Assembly (NCBI GenBank): GCA_964389675.1
Contig: CAYMEV010000004.1
Span: 62,001 to 126,000 of the forward strand
Reading direction: 5' to 3'
Source: an uncultured Candidatus Sumerlaeota bacterium
GTDB lineage: Bacteria; CAYMEV01
DNA length: 64,000 bases
The position numbers and the translations under genes are program-made. The notes beneath the pieces were generated by a model, which saw nothing but the letters and a program-made list of their open reading frames with translations, searched no databases and was not told where the DNA came from. This document shows positions 1 through 8,607 of this stretch, piece after piece. Each line of letters starts with the position of its first letter. Within the stretch, counting starts at the first letter, position 1.

Positions 1-76
1 TTTCAAAGAACTCCAGAGTTTCAGCCTTGTTCTTGTGCATTTTCCAATTGCCGCAAATAAAAGGTCTTCTGTCCAT
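1..76 (-). CDS. tpiA: Triosephosphate isomerase, 5' end (runs off window)
   Basis: Manual translation from ATG 76 gives MDRRPFICGNWKMHKNKAETLEFF with the GNWKM motif. GGAG RBS at the pgk stop. Follows gap-pgk. Confidence 0.95.
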   Translation of the reverse strand, partial: MDRRPFICGNWKMHKNKAETLEFFE

Positions 77-85
77 AAAATACTC

Positions 86-1261
86 CTATTCTAAAATTGC
101 CTTTATCCCTGGCAGGACAACTCCACCAAGAAATTCAAGGCTTGCGCCCCCTCCGGTGGAGACAAAATCAATCATATCCTCAACTCCCGCAACCCCAATG
201 GCCTGAACGGACTCGCCCCCGCCTACAACTGAGAATGCACCTGATTCGCCAATTGCTCTGGCAATTTCAATAGTGCCTTTTGCAAAATTAGGGAACTCAA
301 AAACACCCATCGGGCCATTTAAGAATATTGTCTTTGACCCTCTTATATGGTTTTTAAAAAGCTCTACAGTCTTAGGGCCTATATCCATTCCCATCACTTC
401 ACCGGGTATATCAGGCCCGAAAACCTGCCTCGGGGTATCATTGTCAAATTTTTCCCCGCAAACCCTGTCGACAGGGAGAATTATCTTATCCCGGTACTCC
501 TTGAGGTAATACCTGCATGCATCAAGGGTTTCATCCTCGTTCAAAGACTGGCCGATCGTAAAGCCTCTTGCTTTCAGGAACGGATAAGAGATTCCGCCGC
601 CAAGCAGGCATTTATCAACCCTTTTCAACAGATTTTCCAGGACAGCAAGCTTGCTTGAGAGTTTTGCTCCACCCATTACTGCAATATACGGGGATTCCGG
701 CTCTGCTAACAGTTTTGATAAATTGTTGATCTCATCCTGCATAAGAAAACCGAAACCCTTCGATTTCAAATACCTTGTGATCCCGAATATGGATGCATGG
801 GCTCTGTGGGAGCTTCCGAATGCATCATTGACATAAACATCTGCAAGCTCAGAGAGCTTTTCTGAAAAAACAGGGTCATTTTTATTTTCTTTCTTGAAGA
901 ACCTCAGGTTTTCCAGCAGAAGTATATCGCCATTTCTAAGTGACCTTGACAGACTCAGGGCCTCATCGCCTATACATGACCGGGCAAACTTAATTTGAGG
1001 ATATCTTCCCTTAAGGTATTCAAAAACAGGTTTAAGGCTTTTATCCTCTTCATAACCTGTACCCTCAGGCCTCTTAAAATGAGATGCAAGTATCGGGAAG
1101 CCTCCGTTTTCAAGAATATAATCTATAGTCCTGTATGTACTTACTATGCGCTGATCTTCTGCGACCCTGCCATCTTTAAGGGGAACATTAAAATCTGCCC
1201 TGACGAATACACGCTTATTGCGAAGGTCAAGTTTCTGGATAATCCTGTCTGAAATATCCAT
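86..1261 (-). CDS. pgk: Phosphoglycerate kinase
   Basis: VRADFNVP, LLENLRF, NDAFGSSHRAHAS and STGGGASLE motifs. Confidence 0.98.
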   Translation of the reverse strand: MDISDRIIQKLDLRNKRVFVRADFNVPLKDGRVAEDQRIVSTYRTIDYILENGGFPILASHFKRPEGTGYEEDKSLKPVFEYLKGRYPQIKFARSCIGDEALSLSRSLRNGDILLLENLRFFKKENKNDPVFSEKLSELADVYVNDAFGSSHRAHASIFGITRYLKSKGFGFLMQDEINNLSKLLAEPESPYIAVMGGAKLSSKLAVLENLLKRVDKCLLGGGISYPFLKARGFTIGQSLNEDETLDACRYYLKEYRDKIILPVDRVCGEKFDNDTPRQVFGPDIPGEVMGMDIGPKTVELFKNHIRGSKTIFLNGPMGVFEFPNFAKGTIEIARAIGESGAFSVVGGGESVQAIGVAGVEDMIDFVSTGGGASLEFLGGVVLPGIKAILE

Positions 1262-1271
1262 ACTGCTGCCC

Positions 1272-2279
1272 CTACATCCTGCTTTTGATGTAGAGAGCCA
1301 GATCTACCATCCTGCAGGAATATCCCCATTCATTATCATACCATGCGCAGACCTTTACCAGATTTTTATCTATAACCTTGGTGCAAAGTGAATCAAAAAT
1401 TGAAGAATAATCTGACATGTTGAAATCAACTGATACAAGCGGTTCATCACAATACTGCAGGATTCCTTTCAGATATGTTTCGGATGCATCCTTCATCGTC
1501 TGGTTTATCTGATTCTCATCCGTATCTTTATCTACCAGTACAGTAAGGTCAACCAGTGAAACATTGGGGGTTGGCACCCTGATTGCCATTCCGTCAAGCT
1601 TACCTTTCAGTTCAGGTAGCACCAGGCCGACAGCGGAAGCTGCACCTGTAGTGGTTGGTATCATTGACACAGCAGCTGCCCTTGCCCTTCTCAGGTCCTT
1701 GTGAGGAAGGTCCAGGATGTTCTGGTCATTGGTATATGAATGAATGGTTGTCATAATACCCTTTTTTATGCCGAAATTATTATTTAAAACCATTGCGACA
1801 GGGGCCAGGCAATTTGTCGTACAGGAAGCATTGGATACAATGTGGTCTGTTTGCGGGTTATATTTAGTATGGTTTACACCGCAGACGAATGTAGATATAT
1901 TGCCGCCCTTTGCCGGAGCTGATAGAACAACCTTCTTTGCTCCCGCCTCAAGATGCTTTTTGCAGCTTTCAAAATCACGGAACCTGCCTGTTGATTCAAT
2001 TACAACATCAACATCAAATTCCTTCCATGGGAGTTTTGCAGGATCTTTTTCAGCAAATACCCTCAGTTTTGTACCTTCAACAAAAACCTCATCCTCGTCA
2101 AAGGTAACATCTTTGCAGTATTTGCCCTGGACAGAGTCATATTTTAACAGATGGGCTAATGTTCTGGGATCTGTAAGGTCGTTGACTGCAACGAAATTCA
2201 GATCCTTACATCCGAAGCCTCTCTTGAAGACATTCCTCCCGATTCTTCCAAATCCATTGATTGCAATATTTACTGACAT
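1272..2279 (-). CDS. gap: Glyceraldehyde-3-phosphate dehydrogenase, type I
   Basis: INGFGRIGR, ASCTTNCLAP and WYDNEWGY motifs. Start moved to ATG 2279, which follows an AGGAGGT RBS. Confidence 0.98.
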   Translation of the reverse strand: MSVNIAINGFGRIGRNVFKRGFGCKDLNFVAVNDLTDPRTLAHLLKYDSVQGKYCKDVTFDEDEVFVEGTKLRVFAEKDPAKLPWKEFDVDVVIESTGRFRDFESCKKHLEAGAKKVVLSAPAKGGNISTFVCGVNHTKYNPQTDHIVSNASCTTNCLAPVAMVLNNNFGIKKGIMTTIHSYTNDQNILDLPHKDLRRARAAAVSMIPTTTGAASAVGLVLPELKGKLDGMAIRVPTPNVSLVDLTVLVDKDTDENQINQTMKDASETYLKGILQYCDEPLVSVDFNMSDYSSIFDSLCTKVIDKNLVKVCAWYDNEWGYSCRMVDLALYIKSRM

Positions 2280-2307
2280 AATTACCTCCTTTTTGAAATG
2301 ATAAGTA

Positions 2308-2337
2308 ATACTATCAATCAAATAGAATTAATGTCAA
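2308..2337 (-). promoter_or_regulatory. Sigma70-type promoter of gap-pgk-tpiA
   Basis: TTGACA (2337-2332), N18, TAGTAT (2313-2308), with an extended -10 TGn. Confidence 0.55.
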
Positions 2338-2370
2338 TCTTTATTATGGGCTTATAATCTTCAGCTGCTG

Positions 2371-4479
2371 TTAAATTCCTATTTCATCAGCAATTTCAAG
2401 CATAGAATCAACAGCAATCCCAATAAACTCTTCAAGGCTTAAGCCAAGCTTCTCTGATTCCATAATCGTCTCCCTGCTTACCTTCTTTGCAAAATCCTTT
2501 TTCTTCATTCTCTTGATCACAGATGATACTTTCACATCCTTAAGCTTTTTGCTTGGCATTATAAGTGCAGTGGCATAGATTATCCCTGTAACTGTTTCAC
2601 TGGAAGCCAGGGCAAAATCCAGGAAAGTTGACCTTTCTTCTCCAAGTCCTTCATTATGCCTCTTTATGGCTTTAATTATATCTCTGTCCACATTTTCTTT
2701 CTCTAATATTTCCAGTGTAAGCAGGCCATGCTTGTCCGGGCTTTGTTCCATATCAAAATCCAGGTCATGAAGAAGGCCTGTAATATAGAAATAATCCTCA
2801 TTCAGCCCGAAATGCCTTGCAACACCCTTCATAACATGGGCTGATGACAGGGTATGCCCTTTAAGCGTAACACTCTTTACATATTTATCGTACAGCTCTC
2901 TGGCTCTGTCAATGGTTATGCCGGGTTCTGAATAATCATTTGCAGAAGCATCCTTATCTTCACTGCTTTTGATATCTGAGTACATACTATCCTCCTCTGT
3001 TTCTGTCTGATCAGACTCTCTGTCAATCCTTACCAAAGGGAATGCAATCACATCCTTTATCAGTTCTGACTCTGTAAGAAGCATGACAAGCCTGTCAATC
3101 CCCAGCCCTACTCCTCCTGTCGGAGGCATGCCATATTCAACTGCCCTCACAAAATATTCATCCATCGGCATAGCTTCTGCAAACCCTGCCCTCAGTTTCT
3201 GACTTTGAGATTCCAGCAATTCCCTCTGTATCACAGGGTCATTCTGCTCTGAATATGCATTGGCAAACTCCCGGCCGTTTATATAGAGCTCAAATCTTTC
3301 AATAAGCCTGTCATCCTTTCTGTGCTTTTTGCATAGAGGCGAACTTTCTTTCGGATAATCTACGACAAAGGCAGGCTGTATGAGGTCCTTCTCGCATAAG
3401 GCTTCAAAAAGAAACATTATAAGCTCTCCCGCTGTTGCTGAAGCGTCTGGATGCTCCTTGCTCTCAATATTATCTGTCAGCTTCCTCAATTCTTCTACAG
3501 TCATTTCATATGGGTTTTTGCCAAGCTCTGCTTCCAGAAGTGATATGAGAGAAACCCTCTTAAAGGGAACCTGCAGATTAATTGTATTTTCACCTGCTTT
3601 AACCGCACTGGAATTATTGATGTGCCTGACAGCATCACTTATCAGGTTCTCAGTAAGAGTCATCATATCATTGTAGTCAACATAGGCCTGATAAATTTCA
3701 AGAAGAGTAAATTCAGGATTATGGGTAGCGTCAATGCCTTCATTCCTGAAAGCTTTCTGCATTGAATAAACCCTGTCAAACCCGCCGACTATATATCTCT
3801 TTAAGTAGAGTTCAGGCGAAATAGATAAAAAAGCATCCGTTTCCAGCGCATTTACATGGGTTTTAAATGGCCTTGCCTCTGCACCGCCGTACATCATCTG
3901 GATTATTGGAATATCCACCTCAAGAAAGCCTTTTGAAGAAAGCCAGTCTCTAATAAACTTCAGTATCCGCGACCTTTTATAAAATACATCCCTGCCCTCT
4001 TTATTCATTATCATATCAAGGCATCGCTGGCGGTATATCATTCCCTTATCCCTGATGCCATGATACTTCTCCGGAAGCTGCCTTATGGCTTTGGAAAGAA
4101 GGGCAAATCTGTCCACAAGAATTGTCGTCTCTCCTGTCCTGGTGGTAAAAACCCTGCCATTAACTCCGATGATATCGCCAACATCCAGTTTCTTCAATAA
4201 TTCATAGCCTTTATCGCCTATTATATCCTTCTTAAAGTAGATCTGAATTTTGCCTGAAAAATCCTGAATATGCATAAAAGTTGCCCTGCCCATCTTCCTG
4301 AGGAGCATAATCCTCCCGGCTGCCGATACATCGAATTCACTCTGCTTATCCTTATTGTATATTCTCAGGATATCATCAATATTATGTGAAATCTGATAAC
4401 TGTAGGGAAAAGGGTCAATCCCTGCATTTCTAAGTTCATATATAAGCTTCTTTCTTTCTTCGGTATAATTGTTTTGCAT
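2371..4479 (-). CDS. lysS: Class II lysine-tRNA ligase with a fused C-terminal HD-domain hydrolase
   Basis: OB-fold anticodon domain, YGGAEARPF, FRNEGIDATHNPEFT and GMPPTGGVGLGIDRL motifs. Then an acidic linker and about 180 aa with H...LLHDLD...H...H (COG2316-like). Confidence 0.95.
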   Translation of the reverse strand: MQNNYTEERKKLIYELRNAGIDPFPYSYQISHNIDDILRIYNKDKQSEFDVSAAGRIMLLRKMGRATFMHIQDFSGKIQIYFKKDIIGDKGYELLKKLDVGDIIGVNGRVFTTRTGETTILVDRFALLSKAIRQLPEKYHGIRDKGMIYRQRCLDMIMNKEGRDVFYKRSRILKFIRDWLSSKGFLEVDIPIIQMMYGGAEARPFKTHVNALETDAFLSISPELYLKRYIVGGFDRVYSMQKAFRNEGIDATHNPEFTLLEIYQAYVDYNDMMTLTENLISDAVRHINNSSAVKAGENTINLQVPFKRVSLISLLEAELGKNPYEMTVEELRKLTDNIESKEHPDASATAGELIMFLFEALCEKDLIQPAFVVDYPKESSPLCKKHRKDDRLIERFELYINGREFANAYSEQNDPVIQRELLESQSQKLRAGFAEAMPMDEYFVRAVEYGMPPTGGVGLGIDRLVMLLTESELIKDVIAFPLVRIDRESDQTETEEDSMYSDIKSSEDKDASANDYSEPGITIDRARELYDKYVKSVTLKGHTLSSAHVMKGVARHFGLNEDYFYITGLLHDLDFDMEQSPDKHGLLTLEILEKENVDRDIIKAIKRHNEGLGEERSTFLDFALASSETVTGIIYATALIMPSKKLKDVKVSSVIKRMKKKDFAKKVSRETIMESEKLGLSLEEFIGIAVDSMLEIADEIGI

Positions 4480-4568
4480 TAAAATGCCTCCTGTAATATC
4501 ATAAGTCCTTAAGCAGAATATTTAACTAATTACCATACTTATGTCAAGGTATAAAACAAACGGGATAA

Positions 4569-5465
4569 ATGAACAGATTGAGAAAAAGCGCTGAAAGCTT
4601 TCTGGGCAAAAACTTTTCATCCTGGACACTGATATCGCTTGACAGTGCTTCATTAACGTATTATGCCGCTGACAGCTGTGACTGGCTTCTGAGGATAATA
4701 GACAGAAGCTTTTTTTCCAGCAGTATCCTTAAGGCCCATACAGCTGATAATCTGAAGGCACTGGGCAGATATCCCGGTGTTATGGCACTGGAGAATATTG
4801 AAACAGCAAAGGATTTCATTCTGTTCAGGTACAGGTACCTTAAGGATCAGTTATTACTCTCCAGGGTCATTTCAGCATTCAATACATTGCCATATGAGGT
4901 ATCGGCCGCTGTTTTCATACAGCTGCTCATATCACTGGATGCATTGAACAGCCATAACTGCAATCACAGCATCCTTACCCCAGACAATATTCTCATTGAT
5001 GACGGGCTGGTAAGGGTAATGGATTATGGCCTGATTAACGGCCTGATCATGCCGGCAGACATCAGGAAGGCCTTTAAGGGCAATGTCCGGTTTATCCCGG
5101 AAAAGGTCCTTCAGGGTGAAAACGCTGATGCTTCAACTGATATGCAGAATGCTTTAAACATCCTTCTTTATATGATTAAAGATGCTAAATACCAGTATCT
5201 GTCATATGATGAGATACCTGATATTCTTAACCTGAATATCACTTCCCCCGAGAACAGGCATTCGCTCTCTCTGAGGGTTTTGCTCGCAAAGATCCCGGAA
5301 TTTGACAGGGACTGTCATTCATTAATAAAGGCTTTTCTTGACTCGGGGGTTCTCTTAAATTCAGGAAATTTTAGAGGCTCAAGAGTTCTCAGTACTATTA
5401 TTGAAAGAACCAGGTTTCTGCTTTTAAGCAACGAGTACTATCGAAGAAACCAGTATATAGAGTGA
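4569..5465 (+). CDS. Degenerate Ser/Thr kinase-like protein (pseudokinase)
   Basis: HSILTPDNILI...VRVMDYGL...FIPE aligns with HRDLKPxN/DFG/APE but lacks the catalytic Asp. Confidence 0.65.
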   Translation: MNRLRKSAESFLGKNFSSWTLISLDSASLTYYAADSCDWLLRIIDRSFFSSSILKAHTADNLKALGRYPGVMALENIETAKDFILFRYRYLKDQLLLSRVISAFNTLPYEVSAAVFIQLLISLDALNSHNCNHSILTPDNILIDDGLVRVMDYGLINGLIMPADIRKAFKGNVRFIPEKVLQGENADASTDMQNALNILLYMIKDAKYQYLSYDEIPDILNLNITSPENRHSLSLRVLLAKIPEFDRDCHSLIKAFLDSGVLLNSGNFRGSRVLSTIIERTRFLLLSNEYYRRNQYIE

Positions 5466-5472
5466 AAAAGGA

Positions 5473-6288
5473 ATGATCTATCCACTTTTAAGCGTATTAT
5501 GCTCCCTTATAATTGCAAACTACCTCAGGCTTATAAAAAATAAAGAAAATGCCTCGATCCTTTCGGTATTTCTGGGGAACTATCTGCTTGCATCCTCATT
5601 CAGCCTTTTTTTGCATAAAGGCATGGATTTTGATCCGGGTTTATTTGAGATTATTCTTGGTTCAGCAACCGGATTCCTTTTTCTTGTCAATTTTCTGATA
5701 TTTCAGAAGAATATAGCAGTAAATAACCTTTCTTTGAGTGTAACAGCCATGAGGATAAGCGTTATAATCCCTGTAATTGCCTCACTAAGCTTCTTCGGCG
5801 AAAGCATAAGTATCCTGAATGGAGCCGGCATCATAGTAATTATCCTATCTTTTCTGAAAAGTGACCGAAAGGGTACTGTTTCTGACCAGAAATGGCTTCT
5901 ATTGCTTTTTGCTGCAACGGGGATGACAGATACAAGCCTGAAGATCTTCGAGATGTACAGCAGCAAGCCTGACAGCATGTTCCTTTTCATTATCTTCTTT
6001 TCAGCGTTCCTTTTCAATCTCGTGTTTATAATATTTGGCAGGTCATTTGACTTCAAACTGTTTCTGTGCGGGCTTCTTCTCGGAATCCCGAATCAGCTTT
6101 CAAGCCTGTTCTTTCTGCTTTCACTCAGGCATTACCCTGCAGCTATAGTATACCCTCTCATAGCCACATTAATTGTAATATTTTCAATCATATCCGACGT
6201 AGTGCTGTGGAAACAGAGGTTCAGCAGGAAGCAGAGAATCTTCTTTGCCCTGATGGTTGCAGGAATAATACTGATAAATATAAGATAA
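5473..6288 (+). CDS. DMT/EamA-like transporter
   Basis: About 10 hydrophobic segments in two repeats; FFGE and AAIVYP motifs. Confidence 0.75.
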   Translation: MIYPLLSVLCSLIIANYLRLIKNKENASILSVFLGNYLLASSFSLFLHKGMDFDPGLFEIILGSATGFLFLVNFLIFQKNIAVNNLSLSVTAMRISVIIPVIASLSFFGESISILNGAGIIVIILSFLKSDRKGTVSDQKWLLLLFAATGMTDTSLKIFEMYSSKPDSMFLFIIFFSAFLFNLVFIIFGRSFDFKLFLCGLLLGIPNQLSSLFFLLSLRHYPAAIVYPLIATLIVIFSIISDVVLWKQRFSRKQRIFFALMVAGIILINIR

Positions 6289-6395
6289 GCCTCCCCGGTT
6301 AAAAAGCCTCTCAAGTTAAGATTATATTATAAATAATTATGCCCGGGTTTTTTCCAGGGGACTTTAATTATCTTTCAATGCTTCGTTTTTAGCTT

Positions 6396-7268
6396 TTAAT
6401 TTCTGCTGGTTATAATCAGCCTCGGGACAATACCAGCATTCTTAAGATGTGTCACAGTAAGGTCGCTTGCTGAATTGACAAGTTTCTGCTGAAGTTCCAC
6501 TACCTGTGTTACTTTTGGATTTCTGGACTTTGCCAGGATATCAGCCCATTTATCAAGCACATTTTCATCAATATTTTTGCCTGCATAGAATATTTTCAGG
6601 AATGCCCTGGCTTCCCTTTTCAGGGTGCGGTAAAGCATTTCCCTGTCCTTCATGCCTATACAGCTCTGAACTATTTGCTCCATAGATGCTGCCATTGCGG
6701 GTTTGAGGCCCTGCCCCCACAGTATATCCACAACTTCATCATTGTTCATTTTATTTGTAAGGCTTCTCACAAGCTGGCTGACAATCCCTTCATCAAAAGC
6801 CCTGTCATTTGCCCTGGATTCATAGTAGCGCTTCAATGAATCAGCAATGGTCCTGGCATCGGGAATGTCAATCCTCTTTATCCTGCCTGATACTGGCTGA
6901 TGGGTATTCCCCCTGTCCATATTGATATAGTACCTTTTTGCTTTCTCGTTACCGCATCCATCATGGCCATATACCTTAACCCTGTATTCATCAGAATTGG
7001 GTTCATCCCATATTACTTCGCAATAATACCTTTTTCCCTCGGAATACTCCTTAACAAACTGGCCTCCTGTAATACTCCACTTAACGCTCCTGAATGTACC
7101 GTCTATAACTACTGAATATGTATGCCTTTCACCTAACTTTACATTCTTGGGACCCTGTATATCCTTGAAATGCCCTTCAGGGCAATCAGCATAAATAATC
7201 AGAGCAGATGCAAAAGCAAAAGTAAAAAGAAATGCAGTTAAAAGAGAGAGAAGCTTAGACTTTTTCAT
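6396..7268 (-). CDS. Exported hypothetical protein, N-terminal Ig/PKD-like beta domain plus helical C-terminus
   Basis: GGAGG RBS 7 nt before ATG 7268. Signal peptide MKKSKLLSLLTAFLFTFAFA. IQGPKNV...HTYSV...WSITGG pattern. Confidence 0.6.
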   Translation of the reverse strand: MKKSKLLSLLTAFLFTFAFASALIIYADCPEGHFKDIQGPKNVKLGERHTYSVVIDGTFRSVKWSITGGQFVKEYSEGKRYYCEVIWDEPNSDEYRVKVYGHDGCGNEKAKRYYINMDRGNTHQPVSGRIKRIDIPDARTIADSLKRYYESRANDRAFDEGIVSQLVRSLTNKMNNDEVVDILWGQGLKPAMAASMEQIVQSCIGMKDREMLYRTLKREARAFLKIFYAGKNIDENVLDKWADILAKSRNPKVTQVVELQQKLVNSASDLTVTHLKNAGIVPRLIITSRN

Positions 7269-7377
7269 ATTCAACCTCCAAAATCATTAACAATGATAAT
7301 ACCTGATTATTATATCTCTTTTTTAATATCTTTAAATATATTTCTTTATCGACCACACCTGAGGCCTTAACTCTATG

Positions 7378-7408
7378 TGAAGCAAAAGGGACCATCCCCT
7401 TTGCTTCA
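7378..7408. repeat. REP-like imperfect palindrome, copy 1
   Basis: TGAAGCAAAAGGGA-CCA-TCCCCTTTGCTTCA: 14-bp arms with one mismatch. Confidence 0.7.
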
Positions 7409-7645
7409 TAAGTTTCGCAGGGGCTGTGCCCCATGTACCGCCTAAACTCAAATTATCAAATCACCAAATGATATCCTCTTATATCCCTCATTATTTTTTT
7501 TAATCTATGATAAAGGTTATATGACTGGTAAATCAAATGCATATTATCATGCCCCAGATAAAATTAGATGATCCTTTCAGCTATTTTAACACTCATTTCC
7601 AGAGAAATCAAGTTTCAGATCATTTCTGTCAGAAAAAAATATAAA

Positions 7646-7676
7646 TGAAACAAAAAGGACCGTTCCCTCTGCTTTT
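7646..7676. repeat. REP-like palindrome, degenerate copy 2
   Basis: TGAAACAAAAAGGACCGTTCCCTCTGCTTTT is 24/31 identical to copy 1, same orientation. Confidence 0.6.
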
Positions 7677-7711
7677 TTGGCACAATAGAGATTTCTGTTT
7701 TATTGATTTGC

Positions 7712-7740
7712 TTGCAAAACAGCTTTAAGCGGGATATAAT
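7712..7740 (+). promoter_or_regulatory. Sigma70-type promoter of the MBL-kinase pair
   Basis: TTGCAA-N17-TATAAT, 24 nt before the TTG start at 7765. Confidence 0.6.
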
Positions 7741-7764
7741 ATTAATATTCGGGGTTATTTATCT

Positions 7765-8607
7765 TTGAATGATATAAGGATACAGATACTTGTTGACAAT
7801 AATACCTTTATTGACCGCTATTATCTTGGCGAGCCTGGTTTATCCGTTTTTGTGGAAACAGATGGGAAAAGGATACTCTTTGACACTGGCTACAGCAATA
7901 TAATAATAGAGAATGCAGGCAAGATGTCCATAAACCTCCTTGACCTTGACCATATAGTATTATCTCATGGCCATATCGACCATACCGGCGGCCTGGACTG
8001 TATATGCAGGCTGTTTCTGGAAGCCTTCCTTGAAAAAAGGGAATTCAGGCTTCCGGAGATAATAGCACATCCCGGCGCATTCCTGCCCAAAAGGCTTGAA
8101 AAACATATCAGTATCGGCTCCAATATAGGGATAGGTCACCTCAGGGACATATTCCCTGTCAGGCTTTCAAAGGAACCCCTGATCATGGGCAATATGGCCT
8201 TTTTAGGAGAAATCCCCCATAATAACAGCTTCGAAGCAAAAGGAAGCATGGGATTTGTAAAATTCCAGGAAGGCTGGGTAGAGGATCACCTCGTTGATGA
8301 TACAGCCCTGGCAATAGATACCAGAAATGGGCTAATAATTATCACCGGTTGCTCACACAGTGGAATATGCAATATTGCTGACCGGGCTGCAAAAATATTC
8401 AACAGGCATAAGATACTGGACATTATTGGGGGATTACACCTGATCAATGCTTCGGATGAGGTCATCGACAAAACCATAGGCCGGCTTAAAGAATATAAAC
8501 CCGAGAACATACATCCCTGCCACTGTACCGGGCAGAATGCCATTCATCGCTTAAAACGCCACTTTAACGTTTATGAGACAGCAGTAGGCCTTAAAATTGA
8601 ATATTGA
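7765..8607 (+). CDS. MBL-fold metallo-hydrolase (COG1237-like)
   Basis: LVDN, GEPGLS, LFDTG, SHGHIDHTGG, TGCSHSG, IGGLHL and PCHCTG motifs. Confidence 0.9.
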   Translation: MNDIRIQILVDNNTFIDRYYLGEPGLSVFVETDGKRILFDTGYSNIIIENAGKMSINLLDLDHIVLSHGHIDHTGGLDCICRLFLEAFLEKREFRLPEIIAHPGAFLPKRLEKHISIGSNIGIGHLRDIFPVRLSKEPLIMGNMAFLGEIPHNNSFEAKGSMGFVKFQEGWVEDHLVDDTALAIDTRNGLIIITGCSHSGICNIADRAAKIFNRHKILDIIGGLHLINASDEVIDKTIGRLKEYKPENIHPCHCTGQNAIHRLKRHFNVYETAVGLKIEY

